A stretch of DNA of 17,788 bases from IMG/VR virus record IMGVR_UViG_2870464427_000002; one strand, written 5' to 3'. Positions 1-8,693 of the stretch are shown in pieces. The DNA is from a virus (Duplodnaviria; Heunggongvirae; Uroviricota; Caudoviricetes). Under the pieces are notes generated by a model. It did no database searches. It worked only from the letters and a program-made list of their open reading frames with translations, and was not told the DNA's origin. The stretch's first letter is position 1. The number at the start of each line of letters is the position of its first letter. A program made the position numbers and the translations under genes.

Positions 1-765
1 ATGCGCGAACGGGTATCGCAGCAGTTAAAAGAAATAGAACGTCTCTATGGCGTGAAAGTGCTGTACGCCTGCGAATCAGGCAGCCGCGGCTGGGGATTTG
101 CCTCGCCCGATAGCGACTACGATGTACGGTTTTTGTATGTCCATCCGCTGGAATGGTATCTGCGTGTAGAGTCACCGCGCGATGTTATCGAGCTGCCCAT
201 CGACGACGAATTAGATGTTTCCGGTTGGGAGTGGCGTAAGGCGCTGGGATTATTGAAAGGCGCGAATCCGACGCTGATAGAATGGCTGGATTCTCCGGTG
301 GTCTATCAACAAGATGAAGAAACGATAACGGCGCTTAAGGCAATGGTCCCAATGTGGTTTTCTTCGTTGCGTGCACGCTGGCATTACTATTCGATGGCGC
401 AGAAAAACTTCCGCGGCTATTTGCAGGGCGATGAAGTTCGACTGAAAAAATACTTTTACGTGCTGCGTCCGCTGCTGGCCGTACGCTGGGTTGAAGCGGG
501 AAAAGGCGTGCCGCCAATGCGCTTTTCCGAGTTACTGGCGGGAAGCGAGCTTGATGCGCCGTTACGCGTAGAAATAGACGAACTGCTGGAGCGTAAACAG
601 CGAGCGGGGGAGGCGGAATATGGTCCGCGTCGTCCTTTGTTACATGCGTTTATTCGCGCGGAGCTGGCGCGCGGGGAAACTCCACCAGTGTTACCGGATA
701 GCAGAGAAGGGGACGTTAAGGAACTGGATAGTTTACTGTACCAGACGGTAATGCGCCGGGCGTGA
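1..765 (+). CDS. Pol-beta-superfamily nucleotidyltransferase, function unknown
   Basis: 254-aa ORF starting at window position 1 (an upstream extension cannot be excluded). N-terminal motif ESGSRGWGFASPDSDYDV fits the GS-x(9-13)-DxD nucleotidyltransferase signature. Followed by a hairpin terminator. Family-level call from motif only. Confidence 0.6.
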   Translation: MRERVSQQLKEIERLYGVKVLYACESGSRGWGFASPDSDYDVRFLYVHPLEWYLRVESPRDVIELPIDDELDVSGWEWRKALGLLKGANPTLIEWLDSPVVYQQDEETITALKAMVPMWFSSLRARWHYYSMAQKNFRGYLQGDEVRLKKYFYVLRPLLAVRWVEAGKGVPPMRFSELLAGSELDAPLRVEIDELLERKQRAGEAEYGPRRPLLHAFIRAELARGETPPVLPDSREGDVKELDSLLYQTVMRRA

Positions 766-781
766 TGCCCGGCGTTATTTT
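754..781 (+). terminator. Rho-independent terminator between convergent genes
   Basis: 8-bp GC stem (754-761 pairing with 767-774), 5-nt loop, then T-tract TTATTTT (775-781). Overlaps the nucleotidyltransferase stop codon (763-765). Confidence 0.5.
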
Positions 782-1235
782 ACGGCTGATATTGCCAGCT
801 ACTGACTAAAGCGTACAAGTGGTTTGGAGAATAGCGCCAGCTTTCCTTCAGTTGCAGAAATTCAGCACAAAATTCACTGCAAAACAGGCGATCGCGCTGT
901 TCTTTATTACCGATAATAATTCCTAATGCTCCGCGCCAGTCATATTTTTTGCCATCATGTTTACGGAAAAAAGTTTCCACATCCTGAAGGCTGGCCTGGA
1001 GCGGCAGCATATCCCACTTATCCGCTGGCAATGGCATTATTTTTCCGCGTACACCGCGATCGCGCAGTGATGCGGAGTAACAAAGGTATCTCTTTTCACC
1101 ATGCTTAACGGCTAATTCACAGTGGGAATAACTACCGCGTGTGATTTTACGGGTAAGCCAGTCAGCCAGTCGGGCAATACCACGGTGCTCTGTTCGGCCC
1201 TTATAACAAGCGAGCCAGACAGTGGTTTTACTCAT
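780..1235 (-). CDS. hypothetical protein; possible permuted papain-fold (NlpC/P60-superfamily, YiiX/PPPDE-like) hydrolase in the moron position after the tail-fiber chaperone
   Basis: 151-aa ORF whose start overlaps the stop of the upstream tail-fiber assembly gene by 4 bp, suggesting translational coupling. A His (YSHCELAV) precedes a Cys in an FCSEF context, reminiscent of permuted papain-like hydrolases. Functional call is weak. Confidence 0.4.
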   Translation of the reverse strand: MSKTTVWLACYKGRTEHRGIARLADWLTRKITRGSYSHCELAVKHGEKRYLCYSASLRDRGVRGKIMPLPADKWDMLPLQASLQDVETFFRKHDGKKYDWRGALGIIIGNKEQRDRLFCSEFCAEFLQLKESWRYSPNHLYALVSSWQYQP

Positions 1236-1939
1236 GGTTGCCAGCCTGTTGAATAATCGTAGTCGAGCACCGCCTGAATATCGTCCAGTGCTTCCACCGC
1301 CGCGATATGACGCTGGGCGTTTGCGAACAAGCGCATATCGTGATCCATGGTGACCGATTCAAACTGGGCAGCGATTTCGTTGGTTAACTCAATCAGACCA
1401 TTATTTTTAGTTTTCCACATTAACCCTGGCGGAATTTTTTTCTCCGCTCCCATTTTTGTGAGTGAAAGCTGTTGGATACGGCTATTTGTATCACTGTGGA
1501 AGTGATGGTTGTTGATGATGATGTAATCGGTTGTGATGGCATCGCGTTGATTTTTGATTGCAGAGTATTTCGCCTCTTTAGCATCGGTTATAGATGGTTG
1601 CCATTTTTCACCATCCCAACGTTCAAAAGAACCTGTCGGGGAAATGACTGTTACATTTTCAGGTAATTGGCCCAATTCTTGAATAATAAGCTGGCTACCA
1701 TCAACTTTGTTATAAACAGTTTGGCCTCGATGATCTTCAATAAGTCTCCATGTTTCATTCTCCCACACTGGAGTAAAACCAGGAGCCTTTTCGGGAGGTG
1801 AAATTAATGTGCAATAATTTGGCAAGCCTGTATTAGGTGCAATGTATGCATCAGACTCACCGATATATTCTTGGGAGTCTTGTGAAAAATTATATACAGT
1901 TAGTATTTGAGCTTCATCAGAAAAGGTAAAAGTATTCAT
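1232..1939 (-). CDS. tail fiber assembly chaperone (Tfa, P2 gpG / Mu U family)
   Basis: 235 aa. N-terminal half ([20 protein letters not shown]...[12 protein letters not shown]...LG.LPENVT.ISP...W.G..W) matches the conserved Tfa N-domain of enterobacterial prophages. Lies immediately downstream of the tail fiber gene with a 4-bp overlap. Confidence 0.85.
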   Translation of the reverse strand: MNTFTFSDEAQILTVYNFSQDSQEYIGESDAYIAPNTGLPNYCTLISPPEKAPGFTPVWENETWRLIEDHRGQTVYNKVDGSQLIIQELGQLPENVTVISPTGSFERWDGEKWQPSITDAKEAKYSAIKNQRDAITTDYIIINNHHFHSDTNSRIQQLSLTKMGAEKKIPPGLMWKTKNNGLIELTNEIAAQFESVTMDHDMRLFANAQRHIAAVEALDDIQAVLDYDYSTGWQP

Positions 1940-3516
1940 GCTAGCCTCACAATATAGTTGAATGCGATATTTTTGACGGTGTTTTCGGTGCTGCCGGTAT
2001 TATTAATGGTTAGGGAGTGGTTATGGGAACCAAGTGCAATTGAATGCGAATGGGTGCCGAGCGCAACAGTGTGCGAATGGGAACCAATTGTAACACTATG
2101 AACGTGTGATGGAACATTAATTGCCAAAGATGATCCGGTACCAGGGCCATATGATGTCCAGTCGCCTTGGCCCTCTGGTGAAGATGTCCCTGTTCTTACT
2201 GTTGCAGTTGCCGAGCCTGAGCCAGATGAACTTGTTGTTTTATTTCCATGGTTAAATGATGATGCAGTTTTAGTCCCCAAGTCTGTGAGGGGTGTGGTTT
2301 TCGTCCCTAAATCAGTACTCGAAATACTGCCCGTATGGTTATGTGATTTAACTCCATCCAGTTCAGTAGATAATATAGCGCGCCCACTGGATGGTTTTCC
2401 TTTAATTATCCATCCGCGCATATCAGGAATAACACCAGATGGATATGCAATTGCCAGTTTGGGATAGGAGGTTTTATTAAATGTCTGACCTGTCATCAGA
2501 GCGTAGCCTGAAGGTACAGAATCAGATGGCCAGGGAATAGGCATCCCAACAGGACAGCTTTCCGCAGCAATAGCCTTATCCATCGCTGCCTTAACCGCGT
2601 TCGGCGTCGCAGCTTCCGTCGTACTGGTGCTGTTGGTCGCATTATTAAGTTTCACGACCCCTTTTTGTGTCAGCGTACCGTCGGGGATACCTGTTATTTG
2701 CCCCCAGGCATGGGTATGGCTGGACGGCGCCGCAGCAATAGCCTTGTCCATCGCTGCTTTAACCGCACTTGGCGTTGCAGCTTCCGTTGTACTGGTGCTA
2801 TTTGTTGTGTTGTTAAGTTTAACGACTCCTTTCTGCGTCAGTGTACCGTCAGGGATACCAGTAATCTGATTCCAGGCATGAGTATGACTGGTTGCGGCTT
2901 TGCTATTTGCCAGGTCATATGCCGTTTTTACCGCTTTTGGCGTGGCTGCTTTAGTCTCATCATCGCTATTAGTTGCATTACTGAGCTGCGTAAAACCTTT
3001 TTGTGTCAGCGTCGCATCAGGATGATTTCGTGATTGCTGATGTGTTTTCAACGCGTCATCGACATATTCCCTGGTTGCCACAACGACTGAAGGGTCGATC
3101 AAAAGCGTCACCGCGTCTGCATTGGTGACTTCCATGACCGCGCGTATAACGATTTGCTTACTGGCCCCCGCAGGTAATCGTGGCTTATAGGTTTCCGGGA
3201 ATTTACCAATAGCGACCAGCGTGCCGTCGGTATCCAGTAACCCAACTTCGCGTACATACCAGCCTCCGACTTGTTCGGGAATAATCGCTTCTGCGATAAC
3301 CCAGGCCGGATTATCTGGCGCAATTTTTAATGTATTGAGCTGACCACGCCAGACCTCATGGACTACTTTGGTCTGACTTTCTGTCGGTTCGATATATTTA
3401 CCATTACCGTCGCCAACTACCATAGTTTGCAGACGGATCTGTTTTTGCTCGGCCAGTGCTGAGGCAATTTTGGCTTTGCCTGCAGCAGTTAATATTGTAA
3501 AAAATTCACTTGCCAT
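1936..3516 (-). CDS. tail fiber protein (P2 gpH / Mu S-like)
   Basis: Start set at ATG 3514-3516 ([16 protein letters not shown]...), 5 bp after the gpI stop; the longer track ORF overlaps gpI and is rejected. Conserved baseplate-attachment N-domain, three tandem fibre repeats (TLTQKG...ATNS...AATP.AVK.A.D.A), Gly/Ser/Thr-rich C-terminus with repeated S-H-x-H motifs. Confidence 0.85.
   Translation of the reverse strand: MASEFFTILTAAGKAKIASALAEQKQIRLQTMVVGDGNGKYIEPTESQTKVVHEVWRGQLNTLKIAPDNPAWVIAEAIIPEQVGGWYVREVGLLDTDGTLVAIGKFPETYKPRLPAGASKQIVIRAVMEVTNADAVTLLIDPSVVVATREYVDDALKTHQQSRNHPDATLTQKGFTQLSNATNSDDETKAATPKAVKTAYDLANSKAATSHTHAWNQITGIPDGTLTQKGVVKLNNTTNSTSTTEAATPSAVKAAMDKAIAAAPSSHTHAWGQITGIPDGTLTQKGVVKLNNATNSTSTTEAATPNAVKAAMDKAIAAESCPVGMPIPWPSDSVPSGYALMTGQTFNKTSYPKLAIAYPSGVIPDMRGWIIKGKPSSGRAILSTELDGVKSHNHTGSISSTDLGTKTTPLTDLGTKTASSFNHGNKTTSSSGSGSATATVRTGTSSPEGQGDWTSYGPGTGSSLAINVPSHVHSVTIGSHSHTVALGTHSHSIALGSHNHSLTINNTGSTENTVKNIAFNYIVRLA
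2518..3012 (-). repeat. tandem coding repeats, unit about 171 bp (57 aa), three copies, inside the tail fiber gene
   Basis: Near-identical DNA blocks, e.g. 2641-2700 versus 2812-2870. Protein repeats [49 protein letters not shown]. Confidence 0.7.
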
Positions 3517-3518
3517 TA

Positions 3519-4250
3519 TTACTCCGGATATACAGACATAATTTCGGTGCTCCAGTATCCTGTGCCGACCTTCATCGGTTGGGATTGTGTAAGGCGATCG
3601 GGTTGATAAGGTAGTAGTTGGATATATTCCTCCACACAATAACCCGTCGCTAAAAATATTCCTGATGACTGGCTGAGGCTTTCTGCAACAGGAGGCAATA
3701 CTGTAATGACTTCCCCTCCTTGCATGGCGCTGCCAATAACTGGTATTGGGCTTCGATTAATAAGCCAAATAACAATGCTTTCCAGCTTTGAACGAACATT
3801 TTTATATTCATGAATTAATGTGATAAGTGCATTGAATTCATCTTCATTTAATCCTTTTTCCTCTAGTGTAATATTTACCTTAAAAAAATAAGCCCTTCCC
3901 CCATATTCAAACCATTCTGAAATAGTTCCGGGTAAGGAAAGTATTTCCAGCACTCGCCGTACCGCCCAAATTGTTCCTTTATATTTATGCAGTTCAATGG
4001 CTTGTTTAATTAACTCGCGTTTCTCCCGCTCATCGGTGGTAAATAACCAACCTTCCAGCCCCTGAACGTGAAATTGTTCTGCAAGGGCTGGTAATGCCGA
4101 AGCATCAACCAGGTCGACCAGATAAACCATCAACGCCGTCAGATCGAGTTGGGCAAAACGCTCGGCGGCGATGTTTGCCAGAATCGAAAAACGCTCATCG
4201 CTGGCAAGCGGCGGCGGTGGCAGCAATTTATCCATCGCTGACTCCGGCAA
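3519..4250 (-). CDS. tail/baseplate protein, P2 gpI family
   Basis: 243 aa. LLPPPP...ER...LD...VD..DASALP.LA..FHV.G...W......[21 protein letters not shown] matches the gpI family pattern. Start may be the internal Met at 4235; overlaps the gpJ stop. Confidence 0.8.
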   Translation of the reverse strand: MPESAMDKLLPPPPLASDERFSILANIAAERFAQLDLTALMVYLVDLVDASALPALAEQFHVQGLEGWLFTTDEREKRELIKQAIELHKYKGTIWAVRRVLEILSLPGTISEWFEYGGRAYFFKVNITLEEKGLNEDEFNALITLIHEYKNVRSKLESIVIWLINRSPIPVIGSAMQGGEVITVLPPVAESLSQSSGIFLATGYCVEEYIQLLPYQPDRLTQSQPMKVGTGYWSTEIMSVYPE

Positions 4251-5343
4251 TCGTGACGTCTATTGCAGTGCATTCCGCCCATTCATGCGCCTGCAAAATA
4301 CGTTTTGTAGGCATATTCAGCGCAACGTCATAGACGCCATCGACCTGTAACACTTTGATTATCTGGTTTGGCACAATGTCCTGCCCCAGATGTTTCTGCC
4401 GCTGTTGCGTCCAGAGGCTAATCGCTTTACGCGCCGCAGCCAGCGTTGTCTCCTGATCGGCGGTGGTAAACAGCATTAGCTGCGCACGGATCTCATACGG
4501 CACTCGAAGAGCGCATTTCGCACTCACTTTGTCGGTCAGCGGTCGTTTTTTCTCCTTGCTGACTTCTTGTTCAATCTGCGCCAGCAACTCCGTGCCGGGT
4601 AGACCATTCAGGGTTAGCGGGTAGATCTCCACGCAGCCTTCTGGCAATCCCTCGTCCGGCCCCAGTACTGCAACGTCAATAATCGACTGGCTAACAGAAA
4701 GCGTATGAAAGCGGTAGGCACCATAGCTGCCCGCATTACTAAAGCTTTCTGGTGCCAGTTGGATACGCTGGCGCAATGCGTCATCGCTCTCTTCACCGCA
4801 GCCGCCCGTTGACGCAGTCAGGTTGGTTACGTTGATGTCATAATGACCAATCCTGTCGACCAGTGCGCTAATTTGTGCAGGCTGCCAGCCGTTACCCTGT
4901 TCACCTGCTGCGAGGCTGGTGGCAGGAACGGCGATATGCAAACTCCTGGCCGGAAGCAGAACATCTTCATCGGTGGCGAACATCACGCTATCAGAGGCAC
5001 TGGCCCGCGTCCCCTGGGGAATCAGGATATTGCCGGGATACGCACTAACGACCGAAAACTGCAACGTCGTTTTTGCAGGCTGCGCAGGCAAACGGTGAAC
5101 TCCCACCAACTCCCCTAAATAATCCAGCATTGGCGCGCGGGAATACGCGACCAGGTTTTGTTTCGCCGCTTCCTGAATGGCGATGCGTACAAGGTTTTCA
5201 CGATAGGCAAACAGGTCGATGAGCAACCGCTCAGCCTGTGCCGGATAGAGTTTTTTACCACTGGCATCTTCGTATTGCGCAATCATCTCACTGGTAATTT
5301 GCGCAGGATCGCGGTCAATAAAATTGGGTTCGGCTATCGCCAT
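4228..5343 (-). CDS. baseplate wedge protein, gpJ family
   Basis: 371 aa. Segments GSYGAYRFHTLSVSQSIIDVAV, LGQDIVPNQIIKVLQVDGVYDV and C-terminal [14 protein letters not shown] align with P2 gpJ as I recall it. Confidence 0.85.
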   Translation of the reverse strand: MAIAEPNFIDRDPAQITSEMIAQYEDASGKKLYPAQAERLLIDLFAYRENLVRIAIQEAAKQNLVAYSRAPMLDYLGELVGVHRLPAQPAKTTLQFSVVSAYPGNILIPQGTRASASDSVMFATDEDVLLPARSLHIAVPATSLAAGEQGNGWQPAQISALVDRIGHYDINVTNLTASTGGCGEESDDALRQRIQLAPESFSNAGSYGAYRFHTLSVSQSIIDVAVLGPDEGLPEGCVEIYPLTLNGLPGTELLAQIEQEVSKEKKRPLTDKVSAKCALRVPYEIRAQLMLFTTADQETTLAAARKAISLWTQQRQKHLGQDIVPNQIIKVLQVDGVYDVALNMPTKRILQAHEWAECTAIDVTIAGVSDG

Positions 5344-5693
5344 AACACCTCCGTTGAGTTGATAACGCCGTCAGCGGCGCGCCATTGCACACGTAACGTC
5401 AGATGTTCGCCGTCGATTACTGGTGTCACCTTCAGCAACCGACAGCGCGGTTCCCACTGGCGGATGGCTTCCACCGACTCCCGTACCACATGCGGGATAG
5501 CCCGCTCGATGGGGTAATCGATGTAGTGCCACAAGTTGCTGCCAAACAGCGGTCTGTGGGGATCACTGCCGCGCGGTGTACGCAGAATGATGTGTATTGC
5601 CTGGTGAATATCATCCAGCCCGCAGACGTATTCTTCAGGCCGCTGCAAGGCCGGTTGCCAGTGCAGCGTTGAGGGGCGTGTTTTTGTGTTCAT
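5334..5693 (-). CDS. baseplate protein, gpW/gp25 family
   Basis: 119 aa. Core I...I.ILRTPRGS and W.Y...P.........V.EAIR.WEPR match the GPW/gp25 family. Confidence 0.8.
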   Translation of the reverse strand: MNTKTRPSTLHWQPALQRPEEYVCGLDDIHQAIHIILRTPRGSDPHRPLFGSNLWHYIDYPIERAIPHVVRESVEAIRQWEPRCRLLKVTPVIDGEHLTLRVQWRAADGVINSTEVLWR

Positions 5694-5766
5694 GAGGGTA
5701 TTTTCGCCCTGAACGGGCTGTGGAGATATTAAAGCGATTTAGAAAACTGATTGATTAAAAAGAGAA

Positions 5767-5786
5767 AACCCGCCATCAGGCGGGTT
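5767..5786 (-). terminator. hairpin with downstream U-tract on the minus strand, between gpV and gpW
   Basis: AACCCGCC-ATCA-GGCGGGTT perfect 8-bp stem. On the minus-strand transcript it is followed by TTCTCTTTTT. Sits in the 98-bp gap after the gpV stop (5792-5794). Confidence 0.4.
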
Positions 5787-5791
5787 AAAAG

Positions 5792-6493
5792 TCAGTGTGA
5801 ATGGTGGTTGGAGTTGCCACCGCTGTCCTGCAATGCGCCGCTGGCCTGAACGTTGCCGATCACGTTGACATTGCCGGTTATCGTGGCTGCGTTACCGATG
5901 CCTCCACTTCCTGCCATCCCGCCAAGCCAGGTGAGTTTTTTCATTACCGTGACGTTGCCAGTAAAGGTGCTCATGGGCGCATCTACCGTCACTGCTGCTG
6001 CTTTAACCTCGACCTTAGTGGCGTCGATGCTGACATCGGTCGCTTTAACATCGACGGTATCGGAAGTCACGGTGACGTGTTGGGCTTTAATCTCAACGTT
6101 GGGCGATGTCAGGCGGGTGCTGTCGATAACCTCAATCACGATTTTCTCGATACCGCCGTTAATCGTCAGCTGGTGCGTGCTGCGGTCATATTCAAACGCT
6201 GCGCCATCAGAAAACTGGACGTAACGTTTGTCGCGCGAGGCTACAGGCGCGGTGTCAACCGTAGAATAAACGGCACCCAGCACCACGCCATCTTCACCGT
6301 TATCGTCCAGCAGAACTTCCACTTGCTCGCCCATATCCGGTAGCCAGTAGTCTTTATTGTCCTGGGAATTGCGTTGAAGTACCGCAAGCCAGTTGCTCTT
6401 CAGATTGTCACACTCTGGTAGAGTGACCCGTACCCGAACACTGGTTTCGTCAATATCGCTGATAATCCCCGTTTGACGGGTTACTCCTTTCAT
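5792..6493 (-). CDS. baseplate central spike, gpV family
   Basis: 233 aa. N-terminal OB-fold-like region typical of gpV spikes, a repetitive beta-rich middle (VTVTSDTVDVKATDVSIDATKVEVKAAAVTVDA) and a His-rich C-terminal tip (GGNSNHHSH). Confidence 0.8.
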   Translation of the reverse strand: MKGVTRQTGIISDIDETSVRVRVTLPECDNLKSNWLAVLQRNSQDNKDYWLPDMGEQVEVLLDDNGEDGVVLGAVYSTVDTAPVASRDKRYVQFSDGAAFEYDRSTHQLTINGGIEKIVIEVIDSTRLTSPNVEIKAQHVTVTSDTVDVKATDVSIDATKVEVKAAAVTVDAPMSTFTGNVTVMKKLTWLGGMAGSGGIGNAATITGNVNVIGNVQASGALQDSGGNSNHHSH

Positions 6494-6502
6494 ATTTCCT
6501 CC

Positions 6503-7543
6503 TTACTGGCTGGTCGCTGGCCCGCGTGACACGTCGATTTCAGTGGTATAGCCGCTGCGCACAAAACTGTGAGTAGATTTATCAATCAGCCACTGACCGG
6601 AAATCACGCCAAAATCGGTCAGTTCAATTTTATTGCCCGCCGTCAGTTCCGGGCAGCCCATCATTGTGAGCGTTCCGGTTTGCTGATATTCGTTGTGGCT
6701 GTCGAGTGCAGCGTTAGCCTTTGCCTGTGCTGCGCCAACGTCCGTCGCCCGACTGTTCAGTTTTAGCGTGTCGGCACTAGTGCCGACTCCACGGACAGAT
6801 GGTTTTTGCTGGCTGTTGTGAGTGTAGATAACCAGTTCTTTTTTCTTACTATTTTGATGCTGTACGGTGGCGTTCTTGTAGATCCGGTTAATGGTGTCTT
6901 TGAAGGTAAAATGAGAAACCTCTTTGCGATCGATCTTTTTCACAGGCGTCAGGCAGCGCAGCGTGGGTAAATGTGAAAAAATCAGCTCTTTTGTCGTCAC
7001 TTTTACGGCATAACCATATTCACTGGCCAGACGTTTGAGAAATCCGACATCGGTTTCACCATACTGCGTTACCCGGTCGATGGTGAGCGACTCGATTTTG
7101 CCCACCAGTTTCAGACCGTGCGTTTGGGCAATACGGCTGGCGATCGCCGAAAGCGTCGTTTCTTCAAAGCCCTGGCTGTTACGGGTGCGCAGCGCCTGAT
7201 TGACGGAAGTGGCGATGCCATCAATATTTACCGTGGAAGGTGGCGCTGAAATATCAATTTTATCAATAATATACTGGCCACAATCGAGCAGCTTTTCCCC
7301 CTGATAACCTATATGCAGCGCCAGCGTATCGCCTTTGCCGGGATACCACTCTTTTATCCAGCGTCCATCTGTGTCATCCAGTGTAATTGCGATGGTATCC
7401 GACTCGTTTTTGATGCTGTCGTGGTAACTGATGCTGGTGACATAGGGTGTGATGTCATAAGTGATATCTTTATGCCCATACCAGAGGGTAAAAATGGGCG
7501 TGAGTGTGGCAAAGACGCCACCAGTTACGCTCATCTCAGCCAT
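6503..7543 (-). CDS. baseplate hub protein, P2 gpD (late control D) family
   Basis: 346 aa. Size, position between gpX and gpV, and overall composition fit the gpD/gp27-like hub family; call rests on synteny and general resemblance. Confidence 0.75.
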   Translation of the reverse strand: MAEMSVTGGVFATLTPIFTLWYGHKDITYDITPYVTSISYHDSIKNESDTIAITLDDTDGRWIKEWYPGKGDTLALHIGYQGEKLLDCGQYIIDKIDISAPPSTVNIDGIATSVNQALRTRNSQGFEETTLSAIASRIAQTHGLKLVGKIESLTIDRVTQYGETDVGFLKRLASEYGYAVKVTTKELIFSHLPTLRCLTPVKKIDRKEVSHFTFKDTINRIYKNATVQHQNSKKKELVIYTHNSQQKPSVRGVGTSADTLKLNSRATDVGAAQAKANAALDSHNEYQQTGTLTMMGCPELTAGNKIELTDFGVISGQWLIDKSTHSFVRSGYTTEIDVSRGPATSQ

Positions 7544-7740
7544 GGTGGGATCTCCGATAAGGTTTTATTAACGGAAATGACCGGAATAATGAGCTGAATA
7601 CCGGAAGGCAGTACCGGGTAAATGGCTACATGTGGATTGGCGGCGATTATGCGTTCATAAGCCAGCGCATCACCGTAGTAATGCCATGCCAGGTTATCCC
7701 AGCGTTCGCCATCGGTGGTGATATGTTCAAGGTATCGCAT
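7531..7740 (-). CDS. tail protein X (P2 gpX-like, LysM-like fold)
   Basis: 69 aa. W..L...YYG.......I..ANP..A....LP.G....IP pattern as in P2 gpX. Overlaps the gpD start. Confidence 0.7.
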   Translation of the reverse strand: MRYLEHITTDGERWDNLAWHYYGDALAYERIIAANPHVAIYPVLPSGIQLIIPVISVNKTLSEIPPWLR

Positions 7741-8693
7741 TACCAGCTCCTGGTAATGGTTACGGCAGCAAGCTGGCTCACTGCGGGAGTGGTTTGTTGT
7801 ACCGTTGTACGTGCCTGCTCAACCAACGACGTGGCTTTATCGAACGTCGCTTCGGCGATGTCGCTGGTAATGTCGTCGAAAAGCGCCTGAGCATGGTCAA
7901 CCAGCGTACTGGCGTCATTGGCGCAGTCCCGGATACCTGGCATGTTACCCAGTAAAGCTTTAATCTGCGCCGACAACGCTTTTGGTAGGCCTGCCAGCGT
8001 TTGCAGATCCATTGGCTGTTTAAACAGGGTTTCGATGGCGTCGATTGTCTTTTTCAATGACGTAATTATCTTTTCACACTTTTCTTTTAACGCTTTGGCC
8101 TCTTTAATCATTGCTTTCACTTTTGCCACCGTTTTTTTAATATCTTCAATGGATTGTGTCAGTTCATCCAGCATCTCTTTGGCCTTACGCATACCTTCTT
8201 CAATGGCGTTTAATATCTGATCAAACCAGGACTCCACCTTGTCGGGAAAATCGCTCGCCTTTTCCTCGATGTTGGGCTCCTGGGTGGTAATCGCCGGAGG
8301 TAAAAGTGGATTTTTAGGATCGCCGGTGTACTCCTGGAGCGACATCGTTCCGTTTTGGGCAATCACATTGCCCCAGGGATCGGTGTGCTGGTGGGTGGCG
8401 GTTAGCTCCGTAATCACAAACCAGCCGCGATAATCGCCATTGCCAAATACCAGTGCCATCGCCTTGTGAGCAAGCATGGCTTCACGCAGTCGGTTCAGCT
8501 CTGTTGTGGGCTGGCAAAACTGGCTGTGCAGGGAAAATTCCAGCGCCAGCATATCCAGCTTATCGCCAATAAACTGCACGCCGGGTTTGCCTTCTATACG
8601 GGCATGTGTGGCGTAATCCACGCCCATTGTGCTTTTAAAGCCGTCCCAGAATGTGACAACCTTAAATTCAATCTCTCCTAAAACGGCATACAT
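7740..8693 (-). CDS. gpU-like tail protein with a long C-terminal coiled-coil extension
   Basis: 317 aa. The first ~120 aa (MYAVLGEIEFKV...GKPGVQFIG...L.LEF.L.........L..L...AM....MALVFGNGDYRGWFVITEL) resemble P2 gpU. The remaining ~190 aa are Lys/Glu/Ala-rich heptad-like sequence. Start overlaps the tape measure stop by 1 nt. Confidence 0.65.
   Translation of the reverse strand: MYAVLGEIEFKVVTFWDGFKSTMGVDYATHARIEGKPGVQFIGDKLDMLALEFSLHSQFCQPTTELNRLREAMLAHKAMALVFGNGDYRGWFVITELTATHQHTDPWGNVIAQNGTMSLQEYTGDPKNPLLPPAITTQEPNIEEKASDFPDKVESWFDQILNAIEEGMRKAKEMLDELTQSIEDIKKTVAKVKAMIKEAKALKEKCEKIITSLKKTIDAIETLFKQPMDLQTLAGLPKALSAQIKALLGNMPGIRDCANDASTLVDHAQALFDDITSDIAEATFDKATSLVEQARTTVQQTTPAVSQLAAVTITRSW

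Noticed and set aside
2518-3012. Possible CRISPR array suggested by tandem repeats
   Set aside because: Repeat unit is 171 bp, in frame and coding within the tail fiber; no short repeat-spacer periodicity and no cas genes.
2285-3033. Plus-strand ORFs of 60-122 aa inside the tail fiber gene, including one with internal repeats
   Set aside because: Their repeats are the antisense image of the tail fiber coding repeats; Cys-rich low-complexity translations.
3517-3639. Longer 567-aa version of the tail fiber ORF starting at 3639
   Set aside because: The extension overlaps gpI in another frame and has no fiber-like sequence; the ATG at 3514-3516 follows the gpI stop and begins the conserved fiber N-terminus.
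5801-6343. Plus-strand ORFs of 123 and 180 aa overlapping the gpV gene
   Set aside because: Antisense to a well-supported spike gene, with low-complexity Ala/Val/Thr-rich translations typical of shadow ORFs.
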